Source: an uncultured Verrucomicrobiae bacterium
GTDB taxonomy: Bacteria > Verrucomicrobiota > Verrucomicrobiia > Limisphaerales > Palsa-1400
Length of the DNA stretch: 64,000 nt
Assembly (NCBI GenBank): GCA_963764165.1
Contig: CAVXRD010000002.1
Span: 320,001-384,000, forward strand
Direction: 5' to 3'
A program made the translations under genes and the position numbers. Within the stretch, counting starts at the first letter, position 1, and every line of letters starts with the position of its first letter. This document shows positions 50,366-61,690 of this stretch, in pieces. Under the pieces are notes generated by a model. It searched no databases. It was not told the DNA's origin and saw only the letters and a program-made list of their open reading frames with translations.

Positions 50366-52201
50366 TCAATAAAGTTTGCCGGCGTTGGTCAGGAAATGCT
50401 CGATGATCGGCCCGAGCGACAGCGCAGGCAGAAAATTCAGCGCGCCCACCAGCAGAATCGTGCCGAGCAGCAGCACCACGAACGTCACGCCCGAGCAGGG
50501 AAAAGTCCCCGCGCTGGGGGGCGAAATTTTCTTGGCGGCCAGCGAGCCAGCCAAACCCATGATTGGAACGATCATCAGGAATCGCCCCACCAGCATCGCG
50601 ATGCCAAGCGTCGTGTTGAGCCACGGCGTATTCGCGCTCAAGCCGGCAAAGGCGCTGCCGTTGTTTCCATTGGCGCTGCTGAAGGCGTAGAGAATTTCGC
50701 TCAGTCCGTGCGGGCCGGAATTATTCAGCGCATCCGTCCCCCATTTGCTGACCGAAGCCCAAGCTGCGAAGCCGAGGATGGACAGCGCCAGCACCAGCAG
50801 CGCGAGCATCGCCATTTTCACGTCGTAGGATTGGATTTTCTTGCCGAGATACTCAGGCGTTCTGCCCACCATCAAGCCCGCGATAAACACCGCCAGCACG
50901 ACGAACACGAGCATTCCGTAAAGCCCCGCGCCAACACCGCCAATAATGATTTCGCCCAATTGGATATTGAACAGCGGCACAAATCCACCGAGCGCGGTGA
51001 AGGAATCGTGCATGGAATTGACAGCGCCACACGAAGCATCCGTGGTGACGGTGGCGAAAAGCGCCGAGTTGAAAATGCCGAAGCGAACTTCCTTGCCTTC
51101 CATATTGCCGCCGGACGCCATCAATCCAAGATTCTGATGGATGGGATTGCCTCTCGCCTCAGCCCACCAGCAAAGCGCAAGCCCCGCGATGAACAACACC
51201 ATCATCGCCGCCCACACCGACCAGCCGTGCGCTTGATTTTTTGTTTGACGGCCGAGGTAATACGTCAACCCGCTGCCGATGGCAAAGATCGAGAGCATTT
51301 GCAGAAAATTCGAGAGCGGCGTCGGATTCTCGAACGGATACGCGGCGTTGGCATTAGTATAGCCGCCGCCGTTGGTGCCGAGCATTTTGATGGCGACTTG
51401 CGAGGCCATCGGCCCTTGTGGAATCGTCTGTTCCTCCACTTTTTGATCCACCATGACAGGCGTGTTGGTCATCACGGTTTTGCCGTCGACGGTGATGGCC
51501 GTATTCGTCATCACAGGCTGGCCTTTTTCATCGGTCTTGGGAACTTGGATGGTGTAGGCTTCGGTCAATTTGACTTTAGTATAACCCTTGAAGTTTTGAA
51601 TCATGCCCTGCGAAATCAACACGGCCGCGAAGACTATGCAAACAGGCAGCAGCAAATAGTAGGTGACGCGAACCAGATCCACCCAGAAGTTGCCAAGCGT
51701 TTTGGCGGTATGCCGCGCAATGCCACGAACCAGGGCCGCTCCCAGCGCAATTCCCACCGCGGCCGAGGTGAAATTATGAATGACAAGCGCCACCATCTGC
51801 GAAAAATAGGACATTGTGCTTTCGCCGGAATAGCTCTGCCAATTGGTGTTGGTGGTGAAACTCACAGCGGTATTGAAAGCGAGATCAGGCGTGAGATTGT
51901 CGAAGCCCTGCGGATTCAGCGGCAGATATTTTTGCAGCCTCAAAATGGCGTAAGTGAAAAGGCAGCTTACGAGGCTGAAGAGCAGCATGGCAAAGGTGTA
52001 GAGCTTCCAATCGTGCTCCTTTTCCGGGTCGACTCCCATAAGCCAATACGTCAGGCGCTCGAGCGGCTTGAAGATCGGATCCAGCCAGGTTTTGCCCCTG
52101 GCATCAAGAACATGGCCGAGGTAGAGGCCGATCGGCTTTGTGATCACAGCCAGCAAGCCTACAAATAGAGCCAATTGCAACCAATCAAGGGGGCGCGACA
52201 T
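50366..52201 (-). CDS. kdpA: K+-transporting ATPase subunit A
   Basis: [37 protein letters not shown]. Confidence 0.98.
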   Translation of the reverse strand: MSRPLDWLQLALFVGLLAVITKPIGLYLGHVLDARGKTWLDPIFKPLERLTYWLMGVDPEKEHDWKLYTFAMLLFSLVSCLFTYAILRLQKYLPLNPQGFDNLTPDLAFNTAVSFTTNTNWQSYSGESTMSYFSQMVALVIHNFTSAAVGIALGAALVRGIARHTAKTLGNFWVDLVRVTYYLLLPVCIVFAAVLISQGMIQNFKGYTKVKLTEAYTIQVPKTDEKGQPVMTNTAITVDGKTVMTNTPVMVDQKVEEQTIPQGPMASQVAIKMLGTNGGGYTNANAAYPFENPTPLSNFLQMLSIFAIGSGLTYYLGRQTKNQAHGWSVWAAMMVLFIAGLALCWWAEARGNPIHQNLGLMASGGNMEGKEVRFGIFNSALFATVTTDASCGAVNSMHDSFTALGGFVPLFNIQLGEIIIGGVGAGLYGMLVFVVLAVFIAGLMVGRTPEYLGKKIQSYDVKMAMLALLVLALSILGFAAWASVSKWGTDALNNSGPHGLSEILYAFSSANGNNGSAFAGLSANTPWLNTTLGIAMLVGRFLMIVPIMGLAGSLAAKKISPPSAGTFPCSGVTFVVLLLGTILLVGALNFLPALSLGPIIEHFLTNAGKLY

Positions 52202-52208
52202 AATATCC

Positions 52209-52292
52209 TTAGAATTTTTCCGGCCGAAGCATGGCGACCAGCAGGTAGATGAAAAGGAGCACCGACACGATTCCTACAATGAGATTCCACAT
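52209..52292 (-). CDS. kdpF: K+-transporting ATPase subunit F
   Basis: MWNLIVGIVSVLLFIYLLVAMLRPEKF; canonical YL..AML.PEKF ending, just upstream of kdpA. Confidence 0.93.
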   Translation of the reverse strand: MWNLIVGIVSVLLFIYLLVAMLRPEKF

Positions 52293-52315
52293 AGAGGTTT
52301 CCACATGCGAGGAAG

Positions 52316-52399
52316 CTAGAGCTTCTCGCAAAAGCGCGTATACAACGCAGCGATCGCAAAGAATGCAATGATCGCCCCGACAAAAATGAAGTCGTTCAT
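52316..52399 (-). CDS. Second small hydrophobic kdp-operon peptide (27 aa)
   Basis: MNDFIFVGAIIAFFAIAALYTRFCEKL*; single TM helix; first ORF of the kdp operon. Confidence 0.7.
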   Translation of the reverse strand: MNDFIFVGAIIAFFAIAALYTRFCEKL

Positions 52400-52609
52400 A
52401 GATTTGCGCGGGTAACGCGCCAATTACTATTGTCAAAATGACACTGGAAGCGGAAAGGCGTTAGTTAAAAGGCGGAGCGGGAGCGTTAAAAACTTATTAA
52501 CGCAGAAGTCGGGGAGACGCGCGCCTGACGGCGACAGCTTCTTCGCAGCGCAGGCTCCCAAGTCTGCCGTATTGCGGATTTGCGAAAAGAGGCGCTTCTC
52601 GAGCCGAGG

Positions 52610-53205
52610 TCAGGAAGCCGTGCGATAGGCCGCGCTTGCGCTTACCGCGACGGAGATAAGGCAAATGATCGGGAAAACTCCGTAAATCAAATACAGCGTC
52701 AAGGTTGTGGCCAAAACCGCGAAAACAGCCGCGACAGCCCCGAGGGAGGAATCCTGTCCGCGGGCCATGGCGCGGGCAAGCAGACCGTGCCAAAACCAAT
52801 TCCCGCCCCAAGAAGAGGAAAGCGAAAACCCATCCAAACGGAAAGCGCGAACATAATCCCGCCGCCCACAGCGCTGCCAATGAAGGCTCCAAGAACCCCC
52901 ATCCCGAAACTATACTCCCCCTTCGCCCTGGCAGCCGTGGCTGGCATGGCCATGCGCGGCGCGGCGGCAATAGGCGGCGGCGCGGGCACGGCGGGAGCCG
53001 CCGCCGCGCTCAAACTTAAAGAGGGCTTGGCTAGCACTGGCGCGGGCGCGGGAGCCGCGGGCATTTGGCCCAGAATTGTGTTTGCCGCAGCCGTCCCATC
53101 GACACCGCACGAGGGGCAGGCGACGGCAAATGGCATTTGGTTTCCAACTGGGGTGACGTCGAATTTATAATTCTGTCCGCAATTGCAAGCTACTTTGAGT
53201 TCCAT
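52610..53205 (-). pseudogene. Zn-ribbon (CxC...CxxC) membrane protein with an apparent 1-bp frameshift
   Basis: ORF 52699..53205 switches to the frame of ORF 52610..52837 at 52785-52786. One extra G gives ...GIGFGTGLLARAMARG... and a clean hydrophobic C-terminus. Confidence 0.7.
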
Positions 53206-53232
53206 TGGTGACGTTGGTTATAAAGCGCGAAG

Positions 53233-53261
53233 ATGCTATCAGCCCCTGGAGCATTCGTCAA
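53233..53261 (-). promoter_or_regulatory. Sigma70-like promoter
   Basis: TTGACG-17bp-TAGCAT upstream of the ATG at 53205. Confidence 0.55.
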
Positions 53262-53327
53262 GGTAATTTCGCAAATTGTGGGAACCACCGAGACGGGTAA
53301 CAGTTGCTTTGGCGCACGGTGAACCAT

Positions 53328-53390
53328 GGGTGCAGGACAAAATTCTTCCGCCGTTGCCGCTCTTTTCGTGAAGAATTTTGTCCTGCACCC
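53328..53390. terminator. Perfect 21-bp inverted repeat; possible terminator or REP-like hairpin
   Basis: GGGTGCAGGACAAAATTCTTC ... GAAGAATTTTGTCCTGCACCC, 40 bp downstream of the 53431 gene. No clear U-tract. Confidence 0.5.
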
Positions 53391-53430
53391 GGAATCTGTT
53401 TACCAGAACGCCACCCATAGCATGCTGGGA

Positions 53431-54303
53431 CTAATCCGCCAGCCCATCATACGGCTTTTGCCGCATCACATTGCCGACCCGGATGTAATCTGATTTCAGC
53501 GCAGGCGTGACTGGAGTGACGCCGGTGCCTTCCGGCACGGTGGTGAGCATGGGAGCCTTCCAGTGCCAGTATTCCACATGGCCGTCTGCAAAGGAAAAAT
53601 CGGCGCCCTGGTCATGGCGATTGGACGGCATGTCCCACCAATTGCCATAATCATAGTTGATCATCGGGTAGCCAAATTGGTCATCTTCCAAAGTCTGCTC
53701 ACTTTCATCGAGAAAGACGAAGAGCCGCGATACTGGCGGATTAGTCACTTGCGAGAAGCTGCTGAAGCACGGCTGGGTCGCGTCGACTGCGTACCCGGAG
53801 TCGGGGTTCACAACAAACCCCAGCCCATTGACTGACTGGCTCATGTTGTAGCTGCGAACGCGCTGAAAGGACAGCGGATTGCCGCTGGCATCGACCACCG
53901 TCGACTTGTCGGAAGGACAATGATAGATTCCCGTCGACTTGTTGTACGGGTAAAGAAGTCCTGTTTGCAGATTGGCCGTGTTCGTGTCGAGCAGCGCATT
54001 GCCATTGCACCAGGAGGTGGACGAAAAGTCGGACACTGTGATCGTATAAATCCAATTATTCGGCGCGAAAATTCCTTTGTCGTCGTCAGCATACATTTCC
54101 CAGCACAGAGTCAATTGGCGGAGGTTGCCGATGCAATTGGCGCGCTGGCCTTGTTCCTTCGCCTTGGCGAGGGTCGGAAGAAGCAACGCGGCGAGAATGG
54201 CAATGATCGCGATGACCACGAGCAATTCGATGAGAGTGAAGCCTGCCTTCCGCATGTTCCCTGCGGTTGATCCCTGCTGGGGTTTTGTGAGGCGGCTGTG
54301 CAT
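53431..54303 (-). CDS. Prepilin-type N-methylation / H-X9-DG domain protein (DUF1559-like)
   Basis: [37 protein letters not shown]; start uncertain (54303 or 54255). Confidence 0.92.
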   Translation of the reverse strand: MHSRLTKPQQGSTAGNMRKAGFTLIELLVVIAIIAILAALLLPTLAKAKEQGQRANCIGNLRQLTLCWEMYADDDKGIFAPNNWIYTITVSDFSSTSWCNGNALLDTNTANLQTGLLYPYNKSTGIYHCPSDKSTVVDASGNPLSFQRVRSYNMSQSVNGLGFVVNPDSGYAVDATQPCFSSFSQVTNPPVSRLFVFLDESEQTLEDDQFGYPMINYDYGNWWDMPSNRHDQGADFSFADGHVEYWHWKAPMLTTVPEGTGVTPVTPALKSDYIRVGNVMRQKPYDGLAD

Positions 54304-54319
54304 TAGCCTTTGGTGAGTC

Positions 54320-54349
54320 AAGCTAATCAGGACTTGGCGATGGAATCAA
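54320..54349 (-). promoter_or_regulatory. Sigma70-like promoter
   Basis: TTGATT-18bp-TAGCTT; shares GATTAGCTT with the paralog's promoter at 55377-55405. Confidence 0.5.
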
Positions 54350-54368
54350 GATAAATGTATTTCTGCCT

Positions 54369-55325
54369 TCAATCCGCCGTCCCATCCTCGGGCTTCATCC
54401 GCATGGCGTTGCCGACCCGGAGGTAATCAGGCCATTGCGCCGGCAGCACTAACTGGCAGACCGTCCGGGCCGGGATCGTGTCCAGCATCGGCGCCTGCCA
54501 ATGCCAGTATTCGACATGGCCGTCGGCGAAGGAAAAATTGGCGCCTTGCCCGTGCCAATTGGCGGGCATGTCCCACCAATACCCGTAATAGCCGTCGTTC
54601 ACCATGGGGTAGCCAAATTGCGGGCTCATCGACGTCCCTTCGTTTTCATCCACAAAGACAAACAAGCCCGAGGGAGCGGGATTCGTAATCGCTGACATTT
54701 TCGCAAAGCAGGGCTGGGTGGCGTCAACCGCCTCGCCGCCGTTAAAGCTCGGATCCACCATCATGCCAAGCCCGTTGACAGATTGGCTCATGTTGTAGCT
54801 GCGCGTCCGCAATTTCGGCAACGAATTGCCCGACGCGTCCGAAATCGTTGAAACGTCCGCCGGACAATGATAAATGCAGGGTGACTTATTGTAAGGATAC
54901 AACAGCCCGGCCTGTATGTTCGCGGTGGTGGCGTCGACAGAGGCGTCACCGTTGCACCACGACAAACTTTCGTTCACGCCACCGCCCGCGCCAATATATG
55001 CGATCCAATTGTTGGGCGCGAGAACGCCCTGATTATCATCGGCGTACATCTGCCAGCAAAGATTGAGCTGCTTGAGATTGCCGGCGCAGCTTGCGCGCCC
55101 CGAAAGCCCCTTGGCTTTGGCGAGAGTGGGGAGGAGCAGTCCCGCCAGGATGGCAATTACAGACACCACGACGAGCAACTCAATCAGGGTGAAGCCTGCG
55201 GATCGCTGATCAGGCCGGCGGCAATCTGGCTCCGGTGAATATCGACGGTTCCACCTTAACCGCATTCGCCTTGCGACCAAAAACAATGACCGGGAACAAC
55301 CAGTCGTTCGGGGGGTGACGGACAT
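54369..55325 (-). CDS. Prepilin-type N-methylation / H-X9-DG domain protein, paralog of the 53431 gene
   Basis: [37 protein letters not shown]; shares [13 protein letters not shown] and AVDATQPCF with its neighbour. Confidence 0.92.
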   Translation of the reverse strand: MSVTPRTTGCSRSLFLVARRMRLRWNRRYSPEPDCRRPDQRSAGFTLIELLVVVSVIAILAGLLLPTLAKAKGLSGRASCAGNLKQLNLCWQMYADDNQGVLAPNNWIAYIGAGGGVNESLSWCNGDASVDATTANIQAGLLYPYNKSPCIYHCPADVSTISDASGNSLPKLRTRSYNMSQSVNGLGMMVDPSFNGGEAVDATQPCFAKMSAITNPAPSGLFVFVDENEGTSMSPQFGYPMVNDGYYGYWWDMPANWHGQGANFSFADGHVEYWHWQAPMLDTIPARTVCQLVLPAQWPDYLRVGNAMRMKPEDGTAD

Positions 55326-55376
55326 CGGACCTAACTATCGAACCTAAGCAGATAGAGTTTTTTCCTAACTGGGCCT

Positions 55377-55405
55377 AAGCTAATCCCTGATGCGCGATCC
55401 GTCAA
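55377..55405 (-). promoter_or_regulatory. Sigma70-like promoter
   Basis: TTGACG-17bp-TAGCTT. Confidence 0.55.
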
Positions 55406-55523
55406 GGGGAATTTTTGCAAAGTTTGCGCTTCTCACAAATCCTTGGTGCCTATGGGCCTTTGCCTCGTGGCCCGTTGGCGTTAAAACCTATTTCGCAGTA
55501 TTCGTCCAGAAATCGGGCTGAAA

Positions 55524-55638
55524 AGGTGCCAATAGTAGTTTCAGAGGTGGGGCAGTTTGACCAGTTCGCCGTGCCCGTCAGCGAAGTTCATGTTAATTGC
55601 GCCCGGCAGGGGCTTGCCATGCTGCCATCTGCCCGCCG
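55524..55638 (-). pseudogene. 3' remnant of a pilin-like gene homologous to the 56910 gene
   Basis: Reads [34 protein letters not shown] versus [38 protein letters not shown]>TGA at 55541-55543. Confidence 0.85.
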
Positions 55639-55643
55639 AGGCG

Positions 55644-56846
55644 TCACGGTAGCGTAAAAGTTAGCCGGAAAAATCGTGCGGTCGTGTCATTTGTGACGAT
55701 CACTTGTTGCTCCCAATTGGATACAGTCGACGCCATCGAAACATTTGTCCAGATGTTGGCCGATAAATCGACCGCTCGTTGCAATGCCCAGCCTTTCGAG
55801 GGGGCAGTCCATGATAATACAACATTTGCTCCAACAGGTTGAAACTTCAAACTCGGAGGCCATAAAGCGATGAAAAGGCCGCCTGTGCCAAGCGCCCCGC
55901 AAATCCGGGTTCCATCTTGAGAGATAGCGATCGCCGGTCCACCGTTCGTTAAAGCGAGATCCTGACCCCATGTCAATCCATAGTTGGTTGAGGTATAAAC
56001 TCCATAAGGAGTCCCTTCCGATACTGACGCGGGGCATGAAACCAACCGAGCACCGTCCGCAGCACTTGCATCGGTCCACTCCCAAGTTGCTATGCTAGAC
56101 CGGGTCCAGTTGGACCCGGAATTTGTCGATACGAGAATCCCGTAGTTGTCTTCAACTGCGCTCAGCTTCATCCCGTCAGCCGATATGGTTGCCGAATTGT
56201 ACTGGCTGTCGCTGTAGGGGTACTTCTGGAACCATGATATTCCGCCGTTAGTAGACAAAAGTAAAGTGCCACCGGAACCGAAGGAGATTAGTTGCTGTCC
56301 CATCCAATCGCTGCCAAAAGGCACGTTTCGGGACAACGGCTGCCAAGTTAATCCACGGTTTGTCGAGAGGTTTAAATAATCGCCATACCACGCAAACAAA
56401 TGCGTTCCATCCCCCGAAAACATCACTACCGCCGGTTTGAACAAGGAACTTGCACGATTCGTCACCCAAGTAACGCCCGAATTCGTGGAGAGGAGAACGC
56501 CATTGATGGCGGGGTGTGCCAGGGCAATTAGCGAGCCATCCGGCGAGACGGCCACATTCATTCCGGCACTGATTGGAACACTGAATGAATTCCACGACCT
56601 GCCAATATTCGTTGAGACGCAAACCACGCCCGTTGTTGCTCCGATAGTCATGCCGCACCCCGCAATGGTTGCGCCGTCCGCCGACATGGCAACGTCGGTT
56701 ATTTGCAAATTCGGCGTGTTGGACGATAAAATCATAGTTTGGGCTGACACGGAAGCGCACGCTGCGGCTCCTATTATGGCCACCCACTGGAGGATCTGGC
56801 CGATTCCTTGGCCCTTCTCAATCTTCGATGTTTCCAAGCGGGGCAT
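55644..56846 (-). CDS. Secreted BNR/Asp-box-like beta-propeller protein
   Basis: Repeated STNxGxxW and SxDG motifs; C-terminal domain ending ARFFRL. Confidence 0.82.
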   Translation of the reverse strand: MPRLETSKIEKGQGIGQILQWVAIIGAAACASVSAQTMILSSNTPNLQITDVAMSADGATIAGCGMTIGATTGVVCVSTNIGRSWNSFSVPISAGMNVAVSPDGSLIALAHPAINGVLLSTNSGVTWVTNRASSLFKPAVVMFSGDGTHLFAWYGDYLNLSTNRGLTWQPLSRNVPFGSDWMGQQLISFGSGGTLLLSTNGGISWFQKYPYSDSQYNSATISADGMKLSAVEDNYGILVSTNSGSNWTRSSIATWEWTDASAADGARLVSCPASVSEGTPYGVYTSTNYGLTWGQDLALTNGGPAIAISQDGTRICGALGTGGLFIALWPPSLKFQPVGANVVLSWTAPSKGWALQRAVDLSANIWTNVSMASTVSNWEQQVIVTNDTTARFFRLTFTLP

Positions 56847-56909
56847 GATTGGCGGATTTATTATACGTGACGTTCCTTAATTGACAACCATTCGTTATTC
56901 CAAGGTTTG

Positions 56910-57776
56910 TCACGGTCCGGTGACAAGGGCTGGGTTCCAACCGAGGTGCCAATAATAATTCCAGAGGTTGGGCAATTTTACCAGTTCACCGTGCCCGTCA
57001 GCGAAGTTCATGTTGATTGCGCCAGGCAGGGGCTTGCCATGTTTCCAGGGAACGCTCCCTGTTGCCGTCCGCCCGCCGTGCCGCTGAATCGTGCAGCAAG
57101 CCATTCCATCCCGCGCAACCCCCATCGGGTCTGGTTGGCCCACGTAAAGGTCGTTGGCGGCGGTGTCAGTTTCCAGCGGTACACAAACGATATAATTTTG
57201 GTCAAAAAAAATTGGGGTCTGGGAAGGCTTCTGAACCGCTGTTATTTTGTTAAAAAAATACTCAGGCCCAATTCCGTAACCAAAAGCCGGGGGGCCTTGG
57301 GTCACAAATTCAGTGAACCAGCCATTTTGTCCGTAACTCCCGATTTGCGAGCCAATAGTAGTTCCCCCATAAGTTACCCACGACAAACTCGCGGTTCCGT
57401 TGGTTTCGACAAGCGCTAACGAGCGAGGGTTTGTCGAAGGACAGATTCGCACTGCGTCCCCAATCCCATAACTAATAAGAGCCCAATTCCAAGATTCGCC
57501 TACATTGGGTACATAATCAGAAATTAAAGGGTTGTTGTAGGGGAATCCGCCCGTCGAATCGTTCAGATACATCAGTCCAGCCGCAGTGATTTGTTTGACA
57601 TTGTTCAAACAAGCCGTCTCTTGAGCTTGTATTTTCGATTGAGCCAAAGCTGGTAATAACAGCGCCGCCAAGATGGCGATGATTGCGATGACGACCAGAA
57701 GCTCAATGAGGGTGAAAGCTCGGGCAAATGCGCTTTTGGCCCGTGCAGCCCTATTGGATGGCAAAATATCGTTCAT
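56910..57776 (-). CDS. Prepilin-type N-methylation / H-X9-DG-like protein
   Basis: [29 protein letters not shown]...[11 protein letters not shown]; start uncertain. Confidence 0.9.
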   Translation of the reverse strand: MNDILPSNRAARAKSAFARAFTLIELLVVIAIIAILAALLLPALAQSKIQAQETACLNNVKQITAAGLMYLNDSTGGFPYNNPLISDYVPNVGESWNWALISYGIGDAVRICPSTNPRSLALVETNGTASLSWVTYGGTTIGSQIGSYGQNGWFTEFVTQGPPAFGYGIGPEYFFNKITAVQKPSQTPIFFDQNYIVCVPLETDTAANDLYVGQPDPMGVARDGMACCTIQRHGGRTATGSVPWKHGKPLPGAINMNFADGHGELVKLPNLWNYYWHLGWNPALVTGP

Positions 57777-57945
57777 CTGCAACGGAACAACTTGGCTGAG
57801 CCTGGCGAATACACAAGTTCTGAATGGCCGAGACGATTTCATTATTTCATTGGGCGCAAATCCGATTTTGTGAACCCCCCTGTTTGCGCGGCTCGGCTGG
57901 AGCCGCGGCGTCAAAAACAGATTTGCACGCAATTTCATGCTTTGG

Positions 57946-60900
57946 CTAAGGACATTGCTGGAATGTGTTGGTCCATACGTAAGCGTTGGTTGTGATTAGT
58001 ATAAAGCCTTGTCCAACAGCAAGTTCAGGATCGCCATTAGACCACGACCCCGAGGTAAATGTGTGGGAGGTATAGGACTGATTGGTTACATTTAGCAGTT
58101 TGATGACGTCCCCATTGTGGGGAATATAGCCGGTGATGTTGGTGATATTCCCAGCGATTGGAATGGATGCGCTTAAGTAATTCGTTGAATAAAGATTTGT
58201 TCCTTTGGGCCGGATCTGGAAGACTTGCTGCTCCCGTACCAAGCCGTTGAACCAGATGGTGAACGGACTGCCAGTGGGGTTGACCATGAGCGCCCCAGCG
58301 CCCGGTAACATTGTCACATTCCCGCCACCGTTCCACTGAACAGCTCCAAGACCCACGTTCGTATCGCCAATAAACCCAGCCCCATTCCACTCGTAAATCT
58401 CCACCCCGGACTGGGCGGAATTCCATGCGTTCAAGACGCCAAACAAAGCGTAAAGGGTGTTCATTGGAAGGGGCAAGCCGCCTCCGTCATACAGCACCCC
58501 GTCGTCCACTTGATACAACGGGTCGGCGATCAAGTTCGTTGCGGAGGCGTACCCCAAGGGAAGGTAGGGCGGGTTCGTGCTGCTGACGTTGGTGTCGGAA
58601 GCAATTGTCAAGCTAACATAGCCAAGGACCTTGGAACAGCAGCCACCATTTCCCACCAGATAGAATTTCGACGCGTTGGTGGCGTTTGTGTCGACAAAAG
58701 AGGCGTTGCCGGTCACAGAATCCATGGCGAGGTTCGTTCCTATCTGGATCCAGTTTGTCACAGCCAAATTGGTGGAGGCGAACACGTTCCAGTTGCTGCT
58801 GCCGGGCGTGCCAGTCATGCTGAAGGAGAAATTGCCCGATTCGTCGTTGTCGCCGCTGAAGACGAAAGGGGCGCCGCAATAGGTGGCGATGTTCGTCGTC
58901 GGCGTCGACTGCCCTGTGTGCGCGGGGTCATGCTGGAACATAGGCCAGCTCGCGTTGGTGGCCAGCGGTGACGATCCCCAAAAACAATACAGATTGCCAT
59001 CCTCGCCCGCGACCACAACCGAACAGTCCGGCAAAATGACTGGGCTTGAATAAATTGGCATGCCGACGTTTGTCGACCAGATGACCCCGCCGTTCGTGTT
59101 GATGGCGTAGAACGTGCCGTCCGTTGCTCCAAAATAGATGGTGCCGTCCGCAGCCAGCGCGGGTGTGTCACAAATTGTGGCGCTGTTCGTAAATACCCAA
59201 TTTGTGCTCCCATCCGCATTTAGGGAAATAAGCCCACCCCCTGCGGATCCAGTGTAGATCACGCCACCTTGGCTGACCGCAGGTTGAGGGGGAATGCCGC
59301 TGTTGCTAATCTTTAGGGGGTATATCCTTTAGGGGGTATATCCATTTGACTGATCCGTCGGGGTTAACGCAATGCAAATATGAGGCGCAAAGGTATGTGG
59401 CATAAAAATAATTCCAAGTAACCAGGATGGACCCATCTGGCGCGATGGCAGGTCCCGGAGATGGATCCCCTGCTGGGACAGGAAGAAACCACTTCAGTTG
59501 GCCTGAAGAAGTGAGCGCATCGAGCCTATACCCTTCCGACAAAAAATAGACTGTGCCGTCCGCGCCGATGATCGGGCTGCCATCGGCATCTCCCCCATCG
59601 CCATGATAGAGGTCTTGTGGTTGGAAAAACCAATTGGTGGTTCCGTCGGGGTTAAAAGCAGTCAGTCCGGAGACGATGGATGAGCTGCCGTTGGGTTCGT
59701 CAGAAGTAGCGTATATCAGGCCGTTCGTGCCCAAAGCGGGGGTGGAATAAAGGGATACATTCTCACCAGCAAGGCTGTTCCAGTTGGTTCCGAGCATGGG
59801 GCTGTAGGAGTAAAGATTCCCATCATAGGAGCCTGCGTAGACTTTGCCTTGCGGGCCAATTGCGGCAGAACCCTCAAATTCGCCTTCAGCCGACGACGGA
59901 ACGTCCGTTGCGCTGTTGGTCCAAAGCAGATCCCCGAAAATCGGGTCAACCGCGAAAGTATTGGTGCCGCCGGTCGTGATGTAAAGTGGCCCCAAGGGGC
60001 TAACGGCAGGCGACGAGTCGAAGCCATCGCCAACGTGGTCGATGTAATAGGTTGGATTGAGCAAGTTGGTCACCCATTTCAATGTGCCGTTCGTCGGTCC
60101 CGGGCCTTTTTGCGCGATGAAATAAAGATCCGTGGCATCCAGGATTCCGATGGGATAGGCCGGGGTGTTGGTGCCGACAGCGCCCTGGAGCGATTGGTTT
60201 GTAACCCACGGGCCAAGGAGATTCGTGGCTGCCAACAGCAGATAGTTCGTCCCGTTGGTTGTGTTGATAAGGTTCACCGCCACCGCATGGTTGGAATTTG
60301 TCCAGGCGATAGCCAAATAAAGATCGTTGGTGTTATAGGTTGGACTCGGCGGTAAAGCCCCTCCGCCGCCATTAGTCCCGCCATCAACCGGAGCGGGCGG
60401 TGCGTCATCATCGAAATGGAATCCCCCGCCACCCGTCACACCACCCAGCCAGGTGTAATACGAGTTCGTGTCCGCCGACCACGAGTAAGTCAGCCAATCC
60501 GGAAAAAAGTGTTCCACATTCGTGGTATCGAATTCAAGATAAGGAATCGTCCCCCGAAATTGTTCATAACCCAAATTGTCGGAACCAAGGAAAAATCCAT
60601 TGGTCACCGTGTTGGTGGCTGGAATTATGGTTACCGGCCCGCCAGAGGCGGCCCATTGCCCGTCCAAGGCCAGCCATGTTGCCGTCCCATAATAATAGAC
60701 TCCGATTTCATGAAGGGAGTTGCTCGCCCACGAAATAGGCGCGCTGACGTAATTGGTCGTGACGGAATTGCTGACGCCACCGAAGCAAATGTTTGTTCCT
60801 CCCGCATCGACATAAAGACTCCAAAGGCCATTTGGCGAACCGGAGGAAAAATCGCCAGCGGCGAGCAAATAACCTCGTTGTCCCGGCCCGAAACCGAGCT

Positions 60901-61285
60901 GATTTGTGTCCGCAGAGGCCCAGTCTGGCACAGCTTGGAGAAAAATGACGCCCGTCCCGAGGTCGACATCCACAAATCCATTTGTTTCAACAATTCTGTA
61001 TTGAACGCAGGCGGGAATCTCGTTGGTGGTATCGAGCCAGAGCGCTTCCGCGCCCCAGAAAGGAATGACATAGGCATTCGTCTCCGTTATGGGTGCGTAG
61101 CCGGAATCCGAACTGAAAGTGGACTGAAAAGAGTAGCTGTCAAGAATACTAACGGGAATGGGTGGAGGCTCGATTTGCGCAAACAAAGCCTTGGTTGTGA
61201 GCAAAAGAAAAAAGGCCGAATGCAGTCCGACCCGATAAAGCGATTGCTTGTGGTTGTTCATAAGAAGCATTCCCGATTTTAACAA
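57946..61285 (-). pseudogene. Large secreted LamG-like + PQQ-type beta-propeller protein split by a 16-bp tandem duplication
   Basis: ORFs 59306..61285 and 57946..59262 join in frame if one copy of CTTTAGGGGGTATATC (59311-59342) is removed. Propeller repeats such as SSPAV, DGTIYFGATDG. Confidence 0.85.
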
Positions 61286-61690
61286 TCCAACAAATTAGCG
61301 ACTGCTAAAAACCTTCCATTTCGCCATCTGACGCTGATTCAAAGCGCTTTGCAGCCTTTCCCGCGGGCCGGGACGCGACCGTAATTTGTATCCGGACGAG
61401 AGCCTTGCGACAAAAACCGAGACAATGAGTCTCAAATTCGCGCCATGTTGTCAAGAGTTTTCCCAAAATCGCAAATTGAGGGCGGCTTCAAAATAGGGGG
61501 CGTGGGACAAATTTCTTCGCGACTTCGTGATCTTCTGTTAAAAGTCTTTTTTGGGGGTTGCCGCCAGCATGCCGCGCATGTGCCTTGCCGGGCCAACCGG
61601 AAACGGCAAGAGGATTGAACAACAAGCACGCCAAGGCCACGAAGAGTCTGTCGTCAACGCCCTGCCAGTGGAATTCAATTGCCTCCAGTC

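Noticed and set aside
49694..52168. 824-aa plus-strand ORF and similar long antisense ORFs (e.g. 31878-33398, 43970-45220, 28418-29536, 12746-13888)
   Set aside because: They are shadows of well-supported genes on the opposite strand in GC-rich DNA and show no recognisable motifs.
55541..55543. Selenocysteine or readthrough TGA
   Set aside because: It replaces a Trp codon in a fragment that has no start and an internal deletion; simple decay explains it.
55524..57078. Diversity-generating retroelement (template/variable repeat pair)
   Set aside because: Differences between the two pilin 3' copies are not adenine-specific and are mostly synonymous. No reverse transcriptase gene is in the window.
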